Origin: the human T2T-CHM13v2.0 reference genome, Homo sapiens
NCBI RefSeq assembly: GCF_009914755.1
Contig: NC_060925.1
DNA: 64,000 nt
Strand: one strand, 5' to 3'
Below, piece after piece: positions 13,681-36,354 of this stretch (positions are counted from its first letter, which is position 1; each line of letters starts with the position of its first letter). The notes beneath the pieces are model-generated. The model worked only from the letters and a program-made list of their open reading frames with translations. It was not told where the DNA came from and searched no databases. A program made the position numbers and the translations under genes.

Positions 13681-15386
13681 CTGGGTCCCGCAGGCAGGAG
13701 GAGGACTTTGGGTTTCATCTGCAGTGCGATGAGGGCCTTTGGGAGGGGGCTGTGGAGCAAAGGCAGATGTGATGGAATCTCTGTTTTCGGAGTCTGCTCA
13801 GGCTGCTGGGTCCAGGATAGCTCTGGGTACTGAGTGGTTGTCGGGAGAACAGTGAGGAGGCCATTGGTACTCAGGCCAGGGATGGCCACGGGCCACCAGC
13901 TCATGATGGGTGAACAGTGACACCTGGAGCTCTGCTGCCATGAGTGCCCAGCTCAGGGACTTTGGGGTGGGGATGGGGGGCCCCTTCCTTCCTCTCCCCT
14001 CCCCTCCCAAGAGACTGCAGTCACCGGAGCCAAATCCCAGCAGGTCTGTGCTCACTGCTGAGCTGTTCTGCCTCCTTCCTGACCCTTCCTCCAGCTCTTG
14101 AGCAGGATTTTAATACCAATGACTTGGTGTGATTGACACACACAAATGCATGTGCACACAGACACACGTGGACTCACACACGTACATGGCTTTGCGGGAC
14201 AATTGGCTACTTTCCCCTGAGCAGAACAAGCTGGCAGTGTTTAGCCAGGGAGATTTGGAAAACTGCCTGGTCTAGTGGAAAAAAGTGTTCCACGAAGTTT
14301 AACATCAGCTGCCCTGGAGGGTCTCTTCGTGGAGACAGGCTCCTGGGAAAACATGAGTTGTATGCGATGGCCGACTGGGCAGTTTGCCTGGCCAGAGGCA
14401 ACAGAGAGGAGAAAACAGGCATCAGGTGAGTGGAAAATCCCTGTAGGGAGAGGACCCATGGGGACCATGGTCCAGGAAAGCAAATCTGCAAAGGCCAGAG
14501 ACGATTTAAAACCCTCATAAAACACGTCCCCTTCCTAATACAGAACATTTGCCAAGAGGGCCCCTTTCCTCCTCGGTGAGGCCTGGTGGGTAAAACTGGA
14601 CATATAAAAGCAGGTTAGACGGCTCCCCTCAGTCCAAGGAATGCCTCCCCCATGCCCCGCCACAGGTGAGTATTTTCCATGGAACTGCGTCTGTCTCTTC
14701 TGGGCACGGGCTTAGGTTTTTTTTCATTATTGTTTGGAATCCCAGGCCGAGGCAGCAGGGAAGTAAGTTCTTTTGGCTCCATAGGAGGGGTGCTGGGGCA
14801 GCCGTGTTTATTCTGGCTGCCAGGGTCGGGTGGAAATGCAGGCGGGAGCCAAGGCTGAAACATGGCAGGAACACGGAGGAGTGGGAGGGATGTGCTTAGC
14901 AAGGGAACAGGCCCCAGGGTGTCACCGTGTCACCTGAGAAAGTTTGGGCCGAGGCCAGAGGGCACCCACCGGTCCTCACCTGTGTCCCGCCTCTGGGCCG
15001 GTCATGTCATTCTAAACCAGGGCGTGGAGTATGGGTTTGAGGTTAGCATGGCTGGGGTAAGATCCAAGCTCTGCCGCTTATTATCTGTGTAAATCCGGGC
15101 AGATGATTTGCCTCTCTGAGCCTCAGTTTCCTCATCCCTAAAGTGGGAAAGTTGTCACTACTGAAATGACATCTCTGCAGGGCCTGGGGTGGGGCCTGGC
15201 AGGGAGATGCTAGTGGTCATTTGTGTCCTTCTCCCGGCTTCATGTCCTCAAGGAAAACACTCTCTGGGGTGGGGCTGGGGCTGAGGGGGGAGCCTGGGAG
15301 GCAGGGACAGAGAGTCATGGGGTTGACAGAGAGAGATGGCGGGAGACAGAGCTGGGGCCATGGGAATGCTAAATCCTTACCCTAAA

Positions 15387-15697
15387 CCAAGAGTCAGCGG
15401 ACCTTTTCCATAAAGGGGCCACATGAATCTCTCAAAACAACTCACCTCTGCTGTTCTAGCATGAAAGCAGTGACCAACTGGAAATGAATGAGTTGTGGGC
15501 GTGTTCCAATAAATCCTTATTTATGAACACAGGCATTTGAATTTCATGCAACTTTCACACGTCATGAAATATCATTCTTGTTTTGATTATTTTCCAACCA
15601 TTTAAAACTGAAAACCACTCAGACTTGCAAACTGCATAAAAAAAGGCAGTGGTCCAGATTTGGTCTGTGGACTGTTTTCAGTTTGTCAACGTCTCTC
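15387..15697. mobile_element. MER58-like hAT DNA transposon relic
   Basis: gtgttccaataaatccttatttatgaacac...ccagatttggtctgtggactg...agtttgtcaac matches MER58B as recalled. Confidence 0.65.
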
Positions 15698-15785
15698 CTC
15701 TACCACTAGCAAGCTAGCAAACTTCAGTCTGTCAAGTCCTAAGAAATAAATGAAGCAGTCTCAGGAAGGCAAAATCTACTTTCCA

Positions 15786-16456
<671 letters not shown>

Positions 16457-16907
16457 AACCCAGGTTTTAATATCCACTGTAAGAAGAAGTTGTTAAAGAG
16501 GTCACGCAGGAGACTGATTTCATTGAGAGGTTAAAACAAAACAAAACAAAACAAAACAAAAGCCCGTGACTCTAGTGATGGATTTGTCATCACAAGGAGC
16601 TACCATTTATTGAGTGCTTCCCATACCCTGGTACTTCTTTCGCTCCTTAAAGGTAATATCTCATCTGGTCCTAACTGAACTGATGAGGACAGAGACCTCC
16701 AAAGATTCAATAACTTGCCCAAGGCCACTGCTTCTAACTGCCTCTGACAATGGGCCTCTCTCAGGATTTATGATGTCGCTGCCATTTTTTAGAAGGGCTC
16801 TCTAAGATGGCAAGCATAGCCCAGTCCCTGCCTTCAGGTGGGGAGGCAGACAGGAGGCTCCCTGGCTTTGCATGAATATCCTGGGTCCTCAGCCACCTGT
16901 GTCCACG

Positions 16908-16947
16908 TTACGGTTAGGGTTAGAGTTAGAGTTAGGGCTAGGGTTAG
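16908..16947 (+). repeat. Short interstitial telomere-like repeat
   Basis: TTACGG TTAGGG TTAGAG TTAGAG TTAGGG CTAGGG TTAG, in 6-bp register. Confidence 0.8.
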
Positions 16948-17074
16948 CTTGCCTGTCATCCGGCTTGTCTCTCTCCGTGGGCAGAGTGCATAAAGGTGCT
17001 TCCTGCCAGCCATGGCTCCCTTCAATGACTACTCTATCATTGAAAAGCTCTGTTTGGCCAATTATTTCAATATC

Positions 17075-17370
<296 letters not shown>

Positions 17371-17742
17371 TATTTCAATATCTTAATGCATGTTGCCCTA
17401 ATCAGTTTATAAAAACAAGTAGAAAACAGACAAATTGGAAGTGCATAAATTTGTAATATGAAGATTATGTCTCAAACTCAAGAAACTTAATTATTTTACC
17501 TTTTACTGAATGCTTACTAGATGCCAGGTGCAGTGCGTCATGTGGAGTATCTTACTTGGCTGCGACAGCCTGCTGCTGAGGGGACACCATTGCTGTTCCC
17601 ATTTCACAGATTAGGAAACTGAGGCCCAGAGAGGACGGGGTAACATGTCAAAATCATGCAGTTTTAAGTGGCGTTACTGGAACACAGGTGGAACAGGCAG
17701 ATCCTCTGGATGTTATGAACCTGCAGCCTCAGTCAGGTGCTA

Positions 17743-18759
<1,017 letters not shown>

Positions 18760-19717
18760 CTACATTGTTAAAAATTTAGTCTAGGAAGCAAGGTATAATT
18801 GGGAATTGTATTATTATTATTTTTCAGCTGCCTGGGAATAGAAGTCAATTTTTCCGTATTGATAGCAGTGAAATTCTTACAGGGTTAGGATACAAAATTG
18901 AATCACCAGTATGATCCTGTTTTTGGAATGAAAAGCCCCATAGTGTATGTCCATATTTATTTAGTTACTGTTTGGTTGGGATTTACTGTGTGTCAGGTTG
19001 TACACTAAATGCTTTATATTCATTTAATCTCATTTAATCAAAAGAACTCCCTGGAGGTAGGATCTATAGTCTCCTTTTACATCGCTGGAAATGGAGGTAA
19101 AGCAACTTGGCCAAGTTCACGGAGCCAGTGAGTGGCAAATAAGGGATTAGAATTCAGCTCGGTTTTACATCAAAGCCCATTGTCTCTGCTTCTGTCTCTG
19201 CTCCCTGCTCTGAAGCTCTCTGTCTCTCTGTGAGCACACACATGCCTGCACACAGAAAAAAGACAGGAAGGAAACACAGAATGTTGACAGTGGCTGTCTG
19301 TGGATGATGGCAGTACATGTGATTTTATCTTCTTTTAATGCCTTTTTACATATTCTCTATGTTTTATAATGAGTTTCTATGAAAAAAAAATCCACCGTAT
19401 GATCTTTCTGTAAAAGCATGCTTGTTTTACAGTCCAGGGGTAAGGCCAGAGAGCCCCTGACCACGGGCCTCTGAAACACTCTCCTAAAAAATAAGACAGA
19501 GAGGGGAGCCAGGACCTTGGCTTCTTGGAACTGCCTAATCCGTCCTATAATACCTTGCTTTGTAGGAAAGTTCTGTGCATAAATCCCATAAAATCCCATA
19601 ATGTGGTGCTGACACTGAGCCTCCCCAGAACAAAATCCGCTAATGATCACTGCTCGCCAGGAGCCTGCAGAAAGCCATCAGACATGTTGCAACCCCCCAT
19701 GCCTGCCTCCTGCCTAA

Positions 19718-20097
<380 letters not shown>

Positions 20098-20099
20098 TA

Positions 20100-20745
<646 letters not shown>

Positions 20746-20957
20746 TGTACGTGGCAGGTACAAACTCATTTTTCCAGATCAAGAAACTGAAGATAGAGAG
20801 GAGAAATAACCTGTCCAAATCTTGTGTGTGATTGGCAACCTCTTGAGGAGTAGGAACTGGATCAGCTTTGTGGACACGTGACCTGGGCTGTTCCACAGGC
20901 CCCCACACTGAGGAGGGCCCCACGCCTGTTTCAGTGGTCTGCTGTGGAAATCCTTAA

Positions 20958-21357
<400 letters not shown>

Positions 21358-22346
21358 CTATTAGGGCTGTGCACCCAATGAAGATGGCTGTCAGAATGCC
21401 AGAAACACTTTATGGCATGCGTTTATTTACTTGTCGCTCTCCCCACTCTTCCACCCCTTCCAGCCTGGGGACTGTTTGGGGGCAGCACAGAGGAGATGTG
21501 CAGGAAATGTTTGTTGAATGAATTTTCTCATGAATGAATGGACTGTTGATTCAACCAAGACAAAGGAAGGCCAGGTGCCCATTGGTGGAGGTTTTCTCTC
21601 AGGCTGGCCTGGGGGCAAAGCAGACACTTGCCTTGCTCTGCCTCTCTACTGCTCCCAAATTTACTGTTTCAAATTAGCTTCTGGTTGGTGGCCTTGGCAG
21701 GTTGGGGAGGAGGGTGAGGGGAAGGCACTGGGAGGAAACAAAGGCTTCTGTTAAGAATAGGGGCAGGTGTGGAGCAGGGAAGCTCTGCTGTTTTGCATAA
21801 AACCAGGAGCCAGCCCTCTGCTCTCCTAAGCCTCAAGCACTCCTCAAAGACCACCTGGCTTCAGGAATCCTGGGGCAGCTTACACGCTGGACTCCCCATT
21901 GACCCATCTTAGCTGCCCCTTTGTCTCCTTTCAGAAGGGTGCAGAGGCCCCCCAGAGAGCTTCCTTGTGATAGGGGCTGGGCAGTCAGCCAGACCCTCCT
22001 CATTTCTATTTACCCTTCAACAGAAGGTGGGGGCAGTCAAATGCCACCTCCTCCCAGAGTCCTCCCAGGTTTCCCCAAGGCTAAGTGTTTTCATTACCCT
22101 TGGCATGTTTACCACCCTGAGCTTCTAATGAATTCAAAATAATGTTTTTGGGCAACCTTCACAAGAATTGACTCCCAAGATGGTGAGGACACAGATAATC
22201 AATGTGGCTACATTCAATTCTGGCAAAAAGATCCGATGAGCTGGGACGACTGTGATCCCCCCAACCCCTGCATATCTGCAGGACTCGCTCCTCCACCTTC
22301 TACAGGTCTCAGCTCAGTGTCACTGAGGACTTCACTAACACTGTAA

Positions 22347-24135
22347 TGACGGCAGCGGCAGGCCATCTGGAGTGGCTACTGCCATCATGCCAGCTGCAGC
22401 AGGGAGGCGAGGCTGGGGCTGCATGTTCCATGGAGCTGGTGGGAGCTGGGGACAAGCAGGAGTCCCATCCCTCTGTGTTGGGGCAGGAGCTCCCCGGCTG
22501 CTGCTGCAGCCATCAAAGCCAAAGCTGTGGACCAAGGCATCCCTGTACTCTCGGGGCCCAAGAGCAGGCAGGAGCCCTGCCCTCTGGGGACAGATGCAGC
22601 CACCCAAACCTTGGCTGCAGACCCAGGCCTCATGCTCCGCAGAGCAGGCAGGAGCCCCATACCCCTGGGTGCAGGTGCAGCTACCCAAACTGCAGCTGCA
22701 GACCCAGGCATCCCCGCACTCTTGGGGTCCAAGAAGGTCCCCCACCCTCGCAGGCTCAGAAGTGCCTGCTCCCGCTGCCTGGCTTCTCCCTGCTGTTGGT
22801 GCCAGCTCTGATCTCAGAGCAAAGTCGGGGCTGAGTCTGGGTGCTGTTGCAGCCGGTCTGGATCTTCGCACACTCAGGGCAGTGTTGACATGCTAGCCCC
22901 TTGCTGCCTTGGCCCCCTCTGGACTTTGGGAACCAACAACCTTAGGAGGGAAGCCAAGGGGGGCTGAGGGCAGCAGGCACCCTTTGGCACCTACAGCCTA
23001 GGTGCCAAAAACAGCAGCAGGAGGCAGACAGGTTCCTTAGCAGAAGGGGGTGGTGAGACCCCAGTGAGACCTTACCTTCAGGCTAGGAGAGTCTGAAAAC
23101 TGGGGGCTGGGCTGCCAGTTCTGCAGAGCAGGAACTTGTGGTGCCTTTTCCGGGCCCACCTATGGCCACCCATGGACCAATCAGCGTGCAATTCTTCCCC
23201 TCTGAGGCCCATAAAAGCCCCAAGATCAGCCAGAGCTGAGCGGATGTCAGGATGACCAGCTGCAGAGTAGCTACCCACTTCAGGGCCTCCTCTCTGTTGA
23301 GAGCTACAGAGACGATGGGATGACCTGCCTGCAGAGATGAGCCACCCACTCTATGGTCTCCTCTCTGCTGAGAGCTGCACAGATGACTGGATGACCAGCT
23401 GCAGAGAGGAGCTACCCTCTCCGCTAGGAGCTGAACACTTGTGGGAACACCCTGGCTGCAGAAAGGAGCTGCCCCCTGCCAGTTTCCTCTGAGCTGTTCT
23501 ATTGCTCAATAAAGCTCCTCTTCATCTTGCACTTCCTCTTGTCTGTGTACCTCATTCTTCCTGGTTGCAGGACAAGAACTCAGGACCCACCGAATGGTGA
23601 GACTAAAAGAGCTGTAACACAAACAGGGTTGAGACATGCCCCTTGCTTGCCATGCTGTGGGTGAAGAGAAGGAGAGAAGAGCTGTGGCCCTTCAGGGAGC
23701 CCAGACCTGAGAGCTCCCTAAGCCAGGGCTGTGACTCCCTCTTTTGGGCCCTGCAGTTCCTGGTGTCTCCAAGCTTCTGAATGCCACTGTGTTCCCTGGT
23801 GCCAACTGTGGAAGCTACTTGCAGCGTGCCTGGTCTGGCTGCAGCCTCGCAGAGAGCCAGCGACTTTGCCGGCACCTGGAGCTGCTCATCCTGCTGCAGC
23901 AGCTGGCATGTCTGTCTGTGCACAGTGGCCGGACCCTGTACCTACTCATACACCCCTTGCCATTCCTCCTCTGATTTGCAGGTGTGGGACCCAGGCCAGC
24001 AGTGTGAGCTGAGCTCAACCTGCCAGGCCAAGTAGGTGAAGGAAACCCAGCGGGCCTGAGCAAAACCTGGGCAAAGGCGCCCCCAGCCACAGAGGTTTCC
24101 GGCCAGAAAAATGACAACCTAAAGATCCCATAACA
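22347..24135 (+). mobile_element. MER52A-like solo LTR (ERV1), about 1.8 kb
   Basis: TG...CA termini (tgacggcagcggc...gatcccataaca), perfect 4-bp TSD GTAA (22343-22346 / 24136-24139), CCAAT 23177, CATAAAA 23210, AATAAA 23508. Confidence 0.85.
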
Positions 24136-24214
24136 GTAATGTTCCCCCATTCTGCACCCCCCATCTCCTCCTTTGCCTTTTCTCTGGAGCACTTCTCTTG
24201 GGAGCACATGGATG

Positions 24215-25020
<806 letters not shown>

Positions 25021-25379
25021 GAGAAAAGCCCCACAGGGGTAAGATGTCCACATGAGTAGTTGTAGACACTGCCCTTCTCCCTCACATCTAGCGGAGGTCA
25101 GGGGACAGGCAGAAATCACTGATCACAGAAGTGGATTCACACTTGTGAGATGTCCCAGAGGAGAGGACAGAGTGTCGTGTGAGTGGCAGGTAAGTGGGGC
25201 ATTTGCCAAGGGCAGGGTTGGGGGAATTGAGGAAGTTTTATTGGAGGAAATCGTGGAGGTGAGAAAACCACCGAGGTTTCTCTGTCCCAAACACTTGAAC
25301 TTCCAGGTCATACTGTCCCTGTGTGACCAGGTGTCTCAAGGAAGTGGACTTTCTGTGCTTTCAGCTCTAATTGGGGTAG

Positions 25380-26200
<821 letters not shown>

Positions 26201-26260
26201 CCCCCACCCCCTCATGAGGTTTTAAAGGCTGAGTGGCAGCCAGACCTGGTTCAAATCCTC

Positions 26261-27600
<1,340 letters not shown>

Positions 27601-27942
27601 TCCTCCTTCTTCACTTAAACAGCGCCTCACCTGGAGCATAGTTCTTAATGCCCCTGGGCCTTGGCTTCCACATCTGTGAAATGGGGACAGCTGGAGTGCC
27701 TACATCAGGGGTGTGTGAGGGCTTCTTGATAAGAGTCAGGGGTAGAGCTCTCAGAGGGAGGCTTGGCACCCCCTAAGTGCCCCTTGCCGGGCAGTGAGCC
27801 CCACACACTAGTTCTATCCTCCTGCAGGGGCACAAGGGGACATTAGAAAACCCAGCCTCAAGGTCTGGCTTGTCACAGCTAAGACAGGACCTCGGCTAGT
27901 CACGGGTTGTCAAGGCTGTCTTATGGGAAATGGTGCGGATGA

Positions 27943-28258
<316 letters not shown>

Positions 28259-29424
28259 CGTGATGTCATTTTTAACCCTGTTAGTTAGAGGGAAGGCGAA
28301 TCTCACGGTGGCCAGACACAGCCCCTGGGGTGGGCTCCCTGGTTTAGAGTCCAGTTCTGCCACCCACTTGCTGTGTGCCCGTGGGCAAGTCACTTCACTT
28401 CTTCCTACCTTGGTTTCCTGCTGTAAAATGGGTACAGTGTCCATTACGCCACTACCCCTTCGTGTTTACTGACGCTTAGACCAGTGCTGGAAAATGCCAC
28501 ATGGTCATGAAATAGATGTCAGGCTCCTGACCAAGGTCATTCCTTTGAATTTGAAACCCAACCAAGTTTCTGCCTGAAAGGAAACTGCCTCTTCACCGCT
28601 GGCCCCCACCCTGCCTCCCAAGGGAAGCTTACACCCCAGGAAAGTCCTCTGGCTGAACATTGCTCAGCGGTTTACCAGCTAACGCTTCGGGAGGCTGGGG
28701 GGAGGTAGATGAGTACCTTGGCCCTTGCCCCTGCGTGCCTGGGTTTCTCCCACAGGAAGACAAACCCATCCTCCTGGTGTGAGTCCTCCCAGGCCTGGGA
28801 TGGAAATGCTGCTTTGGCCCAAATATCAGGTCATATGGCCTGTTTTCTCAAGGGCTTCCCCCTTGAATTCTTGGAATTCTTGGCTAGCAGGGAGGGCTCC
28901 CAAGGGATCTGCTCCCAGGTCTGGGTTAGCTGGGCTGATTTACAGCATAGGGCACTGCCTGTGGCCTAGGGAATGGGATGGGGTGGGGAGAGGGCACTGA
29001 GGGTGGGGATTTCCACAGCTTGGTGAGGCCATGGGTGTTCTGGTGGGGGACCGGCCTCACCCCATCTTCCCCAGATAGCTTGGGGCTTCCTGGGGATGCC
29101 AAACACAGACAACTGCTGAGAAATGTTGGCTGTCACTCTTTCTCCCTCCTGCCCCTTCCAAGGTTGTGGACATAGCAGGATGGACTTTTTTTGCTGTAAG
29201 TGACAAAAGGGTAATTATGCGGTGAGCCGGCTGTGTGCTGGGTACAGGGAGGTTGATCTGCCACCCAGAACACCTTGTTTTTCCTCTCTGGACTCTGTTT
29301 TGGAACATTGGTTCAACCCCCCACCCCCCTCAGTTGTACTTTCTGTGTCTCCAGTTTTTAATTCCAGAAAGGCACAGCCTCCATAAGTTCAAGTCTGTCT
29401 GTCCATCCATCCATCTGTCAGACC

Positions 29425-30248
<824 letters not shown>

Positions 30249-30949
30249 GACCTGAGAGGAGACAGGGCAGTGCTTGGGCTCTGGGCTGAGCCCTTCTACC
30301 TCTGGCTCTATGAATGTGGGCGAGTGAGTCTGGCATTCTGGGGCTTGGTATCCTCATCTGTGAAGTAGGGATCACGCCAGTACCTTCCTCTAGGGTGTTG
30401 CAGACATTGAACAAATTCCTACAGGTAAGGCACTTCACAGCTGTGCCTGGGCCATTGCAGACACTTAACCAATGTTGGACTTAGTTATTTTTGTTGCCGT
30501 TATTGTTACATTGGAATATGGGAACCTGTATGAAATTAACACACAGCCTCACACACTTGCTAGAAACCTCTTTCCCTTTGGGAATGATCTTGGGAAAGTG
30601 AGGCAATCTTGTAGAGTGTGAGTTTCATCTCCATGTGCTTACCTCAGAGGGCTGTTGGTAGGACACTGCTTGGCACACAAGGAGTCCTCAGTAAATGGCA
30701 ACTATTTATTAGTTGAATTACTGCCTCGAGTACCTAGAGTGCTAGCCACAAGCAACCCCACCAGATGTGCCAAATAGCTCGTGCATCCTTACCTCTTCTG
30801 GGCTTTTGGAAATATCAGGATAATACCACATACCCCCATTGCTGTCCTCACAGATCCCTGAGGTCTAAAATCCCTCATCCAAGCCACATGGAGTGGAGGT
30901 CATGAGAAGGGAAGGGTTTGGGAGATTAGAACCTAAAGCTCATTAGAAT

Positions 30950-31451
<502 letters not shown>

Positions 31452-31476
31452 ACTGAATAATATTTCGTTGCATAGA

Positions 31477-32050
31477 TGTGATAGTTAGTGCTAGCTATCA
31501 ACTCGACTGGGTTAAGGAATACCTAGAAACCTGGTCAAGCATCATTTTTGGGTGTCTCTATGAGGGGGTTTCCATTGATTAGCATGTGAATCTGAGTGAA
31601 CTAGGTGGGTAAGATCTGCCCTCAAGGTGGGCGGCCACCATCTAATCTGCTGGGGGTCCAGAGAGAATCAAAACAAAGAAAAGCCTAATGTGTTCATGTA
31701 TCTGCTGGAGCTTGAATGTACTCTTCCTCTCTTATACTTGGACAGCAACTCCAGGCTCTCTGGCTTTTTAACTCTAGGACTTGCACCAGTGGTACCCCGT
31801 GCCCCCTGAGTTCTCAGGCATTTGGCCTTGGATAGAGAATTACACCATCAGCTTCCCTGGTTCTGAGGCCTTTGGACTTGGACTGATCCACGCTACCAGC
31901 ATCCCAGGGTTTCCAGCTTGCAGTTGACCTGTTGTGGGACTTCTCAGCCTCCATAACTGTGTAAGCCAATTCCCCTAATAAATCCCCGCTTATAGCTCTC
32001 TCTCTATGTCCTATTGGTTTGATCTTTCTGGAGAACCCTGATACAATATA
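31477..32050 (+). mobile_element. MLT2-like LTR (ERV-L) inserted into an L1M
   Basis: tgtgatagttagtg...tcaactcgactgggttaagg...tttctggagaaccctgatacaata. Confidence 0.8.
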
Positions 32051-32492
32051 TATACCACATTGTTTACCTGTTCACCGGTTGATGGACATTTGGATTGTCT
32101 CCACTTTTGGGGTATTATAAATAATGTTGCTCTGACCATTTATAGATAGGGTTTTGTGTAGACACATGTTTTCAATTCTCTTGTGTATATACCTAAAGTG
32201 GACTTGCTAGGTCATATGATAATTCTATGTTCAATAAATTTTGAGGAACTGCTAAAATCTTTCCAAAGTGGCTGCAGCATTTTACATTTTCACAAGGAAT
32301 GTGAGTTCCAGTTTCTCCACATCCTTGACAATACTTGTTATTATCTGTCTTTTTTATTATAGCCATCGAGAAGTGTTCCCTTCTCTTCTGTTTTTAAGAA
32401 GAGTTTGTGAAGAATTGGAATGAATTCTTCTTTAAGTGTTTGGAATAATTTACCAGTGATGCCATCTCTTTGCATTGATCATAGTTGGAGTT

Positions 32493-32998
32493 TGTTGGAA
32501 ATAAGAGCTTGGAGCTGCAAAGAAAACGAGCACTCAAACAAAAGATTTCTCGGCAAGGCAAATTTACTTCTGCAGAAGGGTGCTGCCTGCATCAGTCATG
32601 ATCGCAAGTGCGCAAGGAACAAAGGAGACAAGGGTTTTTATCCCTAACACAGCTTCTGTTTCTGTGTCTTTTCCACATTGGCTGGAGTTGGACTGCACAA
32701 TTTAAGCTAACCTGATTGGCTAAAACTTGAAATTTTTCCAAATAGGGTAGATGGGGAAGAAGGGGTAGGTGGTAAAACTTTTCCAAATATGGTAAACTGA
32801 AACTCTTAAACACATAACTTGTAAAGAAAGGAGGGGAGTGGGGGATTGTCCATTAAGGCATGTTTGGGCATGTTTAGGCACGGCAAGGATGGAAAGGCTT
32901 GTTTGGAGAACAAGAATTTATCCTTTCTAGCAATGTGAAAGGATGCTAGTCGCTAAAAGGAACAAGGAAGTTTGAAGAGGAACTGATTATTTCTGGCA
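32493..32998 (-). mobile_element. LTR10-like solo LTR (HERV-I group)
   Basis: Minus-strand TGCCAGAAATAATCAGTTCCTCTTCAAAC...GCTCTTATTTCCAACA; perfect 5-bp TSD GAGTT (32488-32492 / 32999-33003). Confidence 0.85.
32856..32875. promoter_or_regulatory. Perfect p53/p63/p73 response element within LTR10
   Basis: AGGCATGTTT GGGCATGTTT = 20/20 RRRCWWGYYY x2, zero spacer, both cores CATG; degenerate third half-site AGGCACGGCA follows. Confidence 0.85.
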
Positions 32999-33634
32999 GA
33001 GTTCATTTAGCTTCTTGGATATATAGAATAACATTTTTCAACAGATTTAGGAAGCTTTCAGTCGTTATTTCTTGGAATATTTTTATGTTCCTTTTTCTCA
33101 CTTTTCTCCTTCTGGTACTCCCATTATATGTACATTGCTGCACCTAATGGTGCCCCACTTTTCCCTGAAATGCTGTTTATTTTTCCTCATTAATTTTCTT
33201 TGTCTTTCTGATTGCATCATTTCTATTGCTATACTCTCAGGTCTGTTGATTCTTTCTTCCAGCTGAAATCTACTGTTGGGCCCCCAAAGTGAATATTTCA
33301 TTTTTGTTGTTATACCTTCCAATCCCATAATTTCAGTTTGCCCTTTAAAAAAATCATTGCTATTTCTTTACTGGTGTTTTCTATTTGATGAAACATTGTC
33401 ATTATATTCTTCTTTTACTTCATTAAACATTATTTTCTTTAGTTCTTTGAACATATTTATAATAGCTGCTTTAAAGGCTTTGTTAACTCTGACATCTGGG
33501 CCCTCTCAAAGGCAACTTCTGTCACTGATGTTTTTTCTTTGTATAGGTTATACTTTTCTGTTTCTTTGCATGTCTCATTTTTTGTGGAAGATTAGAGATT
33601 TTGGATACTACATTGTAGCAACTCTGGATACTAA

Positions 33635-34277
<643 letters not shown>

Positions 34278-34680
34278 TTCTTTATTTGTTTAATGATGTG
34301 GATAAGCTATTTCAGTAAAGTCTATTTCCTTTGCAGTGTGCAGCTTCTAATATCACACCTCAGGTGGTGCAGCCTTGGTCCTGTGTACAGTCACCCTAAG
34401 AATGCAGTGTTTTCCACAGGGCTGTCTTGACTTTCTCCTTCCCTGATCTCTCTGTTAAGCTCTGTGCCTCTGTTGGTCTCACACCCAACTATTAGCCTCC
34501 ACTAACTGCAGGCTAATTGTCCTACTGTTTTCAAAAATGCTCTGGGGGCAGTAATTGCGCTATCTGCTTTTCCAGGCCAAGCTCCTCCCGTGTGTGCTAT
34601 CTTCAGGGGTATCCATAAACATGCTTAAGAAACCAAAAATTACATTATTTGTCATGAGTTTTAAAAAGATAATTACACCT

Positions 34681-35046
<366 letters not shown>

Positions 35047-35547
35047 CTAAGAGAAACCTAAGTAAACTCTTACAAAGATACAATGACGTAAAAACACAAA
35101 AATCTGCCATGCATATACTCACTGGGGTAAAGCCTCTTCTATAACTTTTGTTTTCTGAAACAAACCAAACAAACAAACAAAAAACCAAAAACCTAAAACA
35201 TAAATAATAGGAATGAAAAAGGGGGTCTGCCTTCTAGTTCCAAGCTCCTGCAGCACTCGGAGGTTAATAACTTTCCCTTCCAGTCCCCTTGGGTGGTTTC
35301 ACTTCAGAGTGCCTCCAGTAAAACACCTCCCTGTGAATAAATGGCTTTCCCTAGCACCCAAGGGAGCAGATTTTCAGCAAATTTGTTGAGTGTGTGTGTC
35401 AAGAGGAAGACACCAGTGAGTCCCCCTGGTGTAGCAGTTGAGCAACTTCTTTGCCAGTTCAGCAAATTCACACTATGCCCTTTCCAACAAGAGCTGGGTC
35501 TCATCCCTATGGGTGGAAACGGGGTCTTTCTTGGGTGCTCTATTTAA

Positions 35548-35910
<363 letters not shown>

Positions 35911-36347
35911 TAAAATTTCTAAAATTTTCAGGCTCAAAGCCTATTTCCTGAAATGGTTCCAATCATTTCTTTCTCTCTTAGAAGAAAGTAACGTGGATAA
36001 AAATTGTCCCCAAACCAGCCCTTGGCACCATTTTTAGAGGCGGAATATGAGGCTGGATAAAGCCCAGTTTTGCCTGCAATGGCATTCCTGTCTCCCGTCC
36101 CAGGACCCCAGAAGATTATGACTACCAGAAAACACGCCAGTCTTTGCCCTGATCTGGCCAGAGGCCCAGAGGGTACATAGGCGGTGACAGAGTGAGACCT
36201 TGTTTCAAAAAACAAAACAAAACTGGGGTTAGGGAAGCTAGCTAGGGAGCTGGGGTGAGACGTGCTGTGCTCACCCTAACCACACTCTGACAAGGAAAGC
36301 TGGCGAAGTCTCTTATCTTACAGTTGAAAGATCAGGCCCTGGAGGCC

Positions 36348-36354
36348 TATATAA
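36348..36354 (+). promoter_or_regulatory. Candidate TATA box for AADACL4
   Basis: TATATAA about 345 bp upstream of the ATG in non-repeat, non-CpG-island sequence. Confidence 0.35.

Noticed and set aside
22335-22896. Overlapping 162-178 aa ORFs on both strands
   Set aside because: They lie within the GC-rich, internally repetitive MER52A-like LTR
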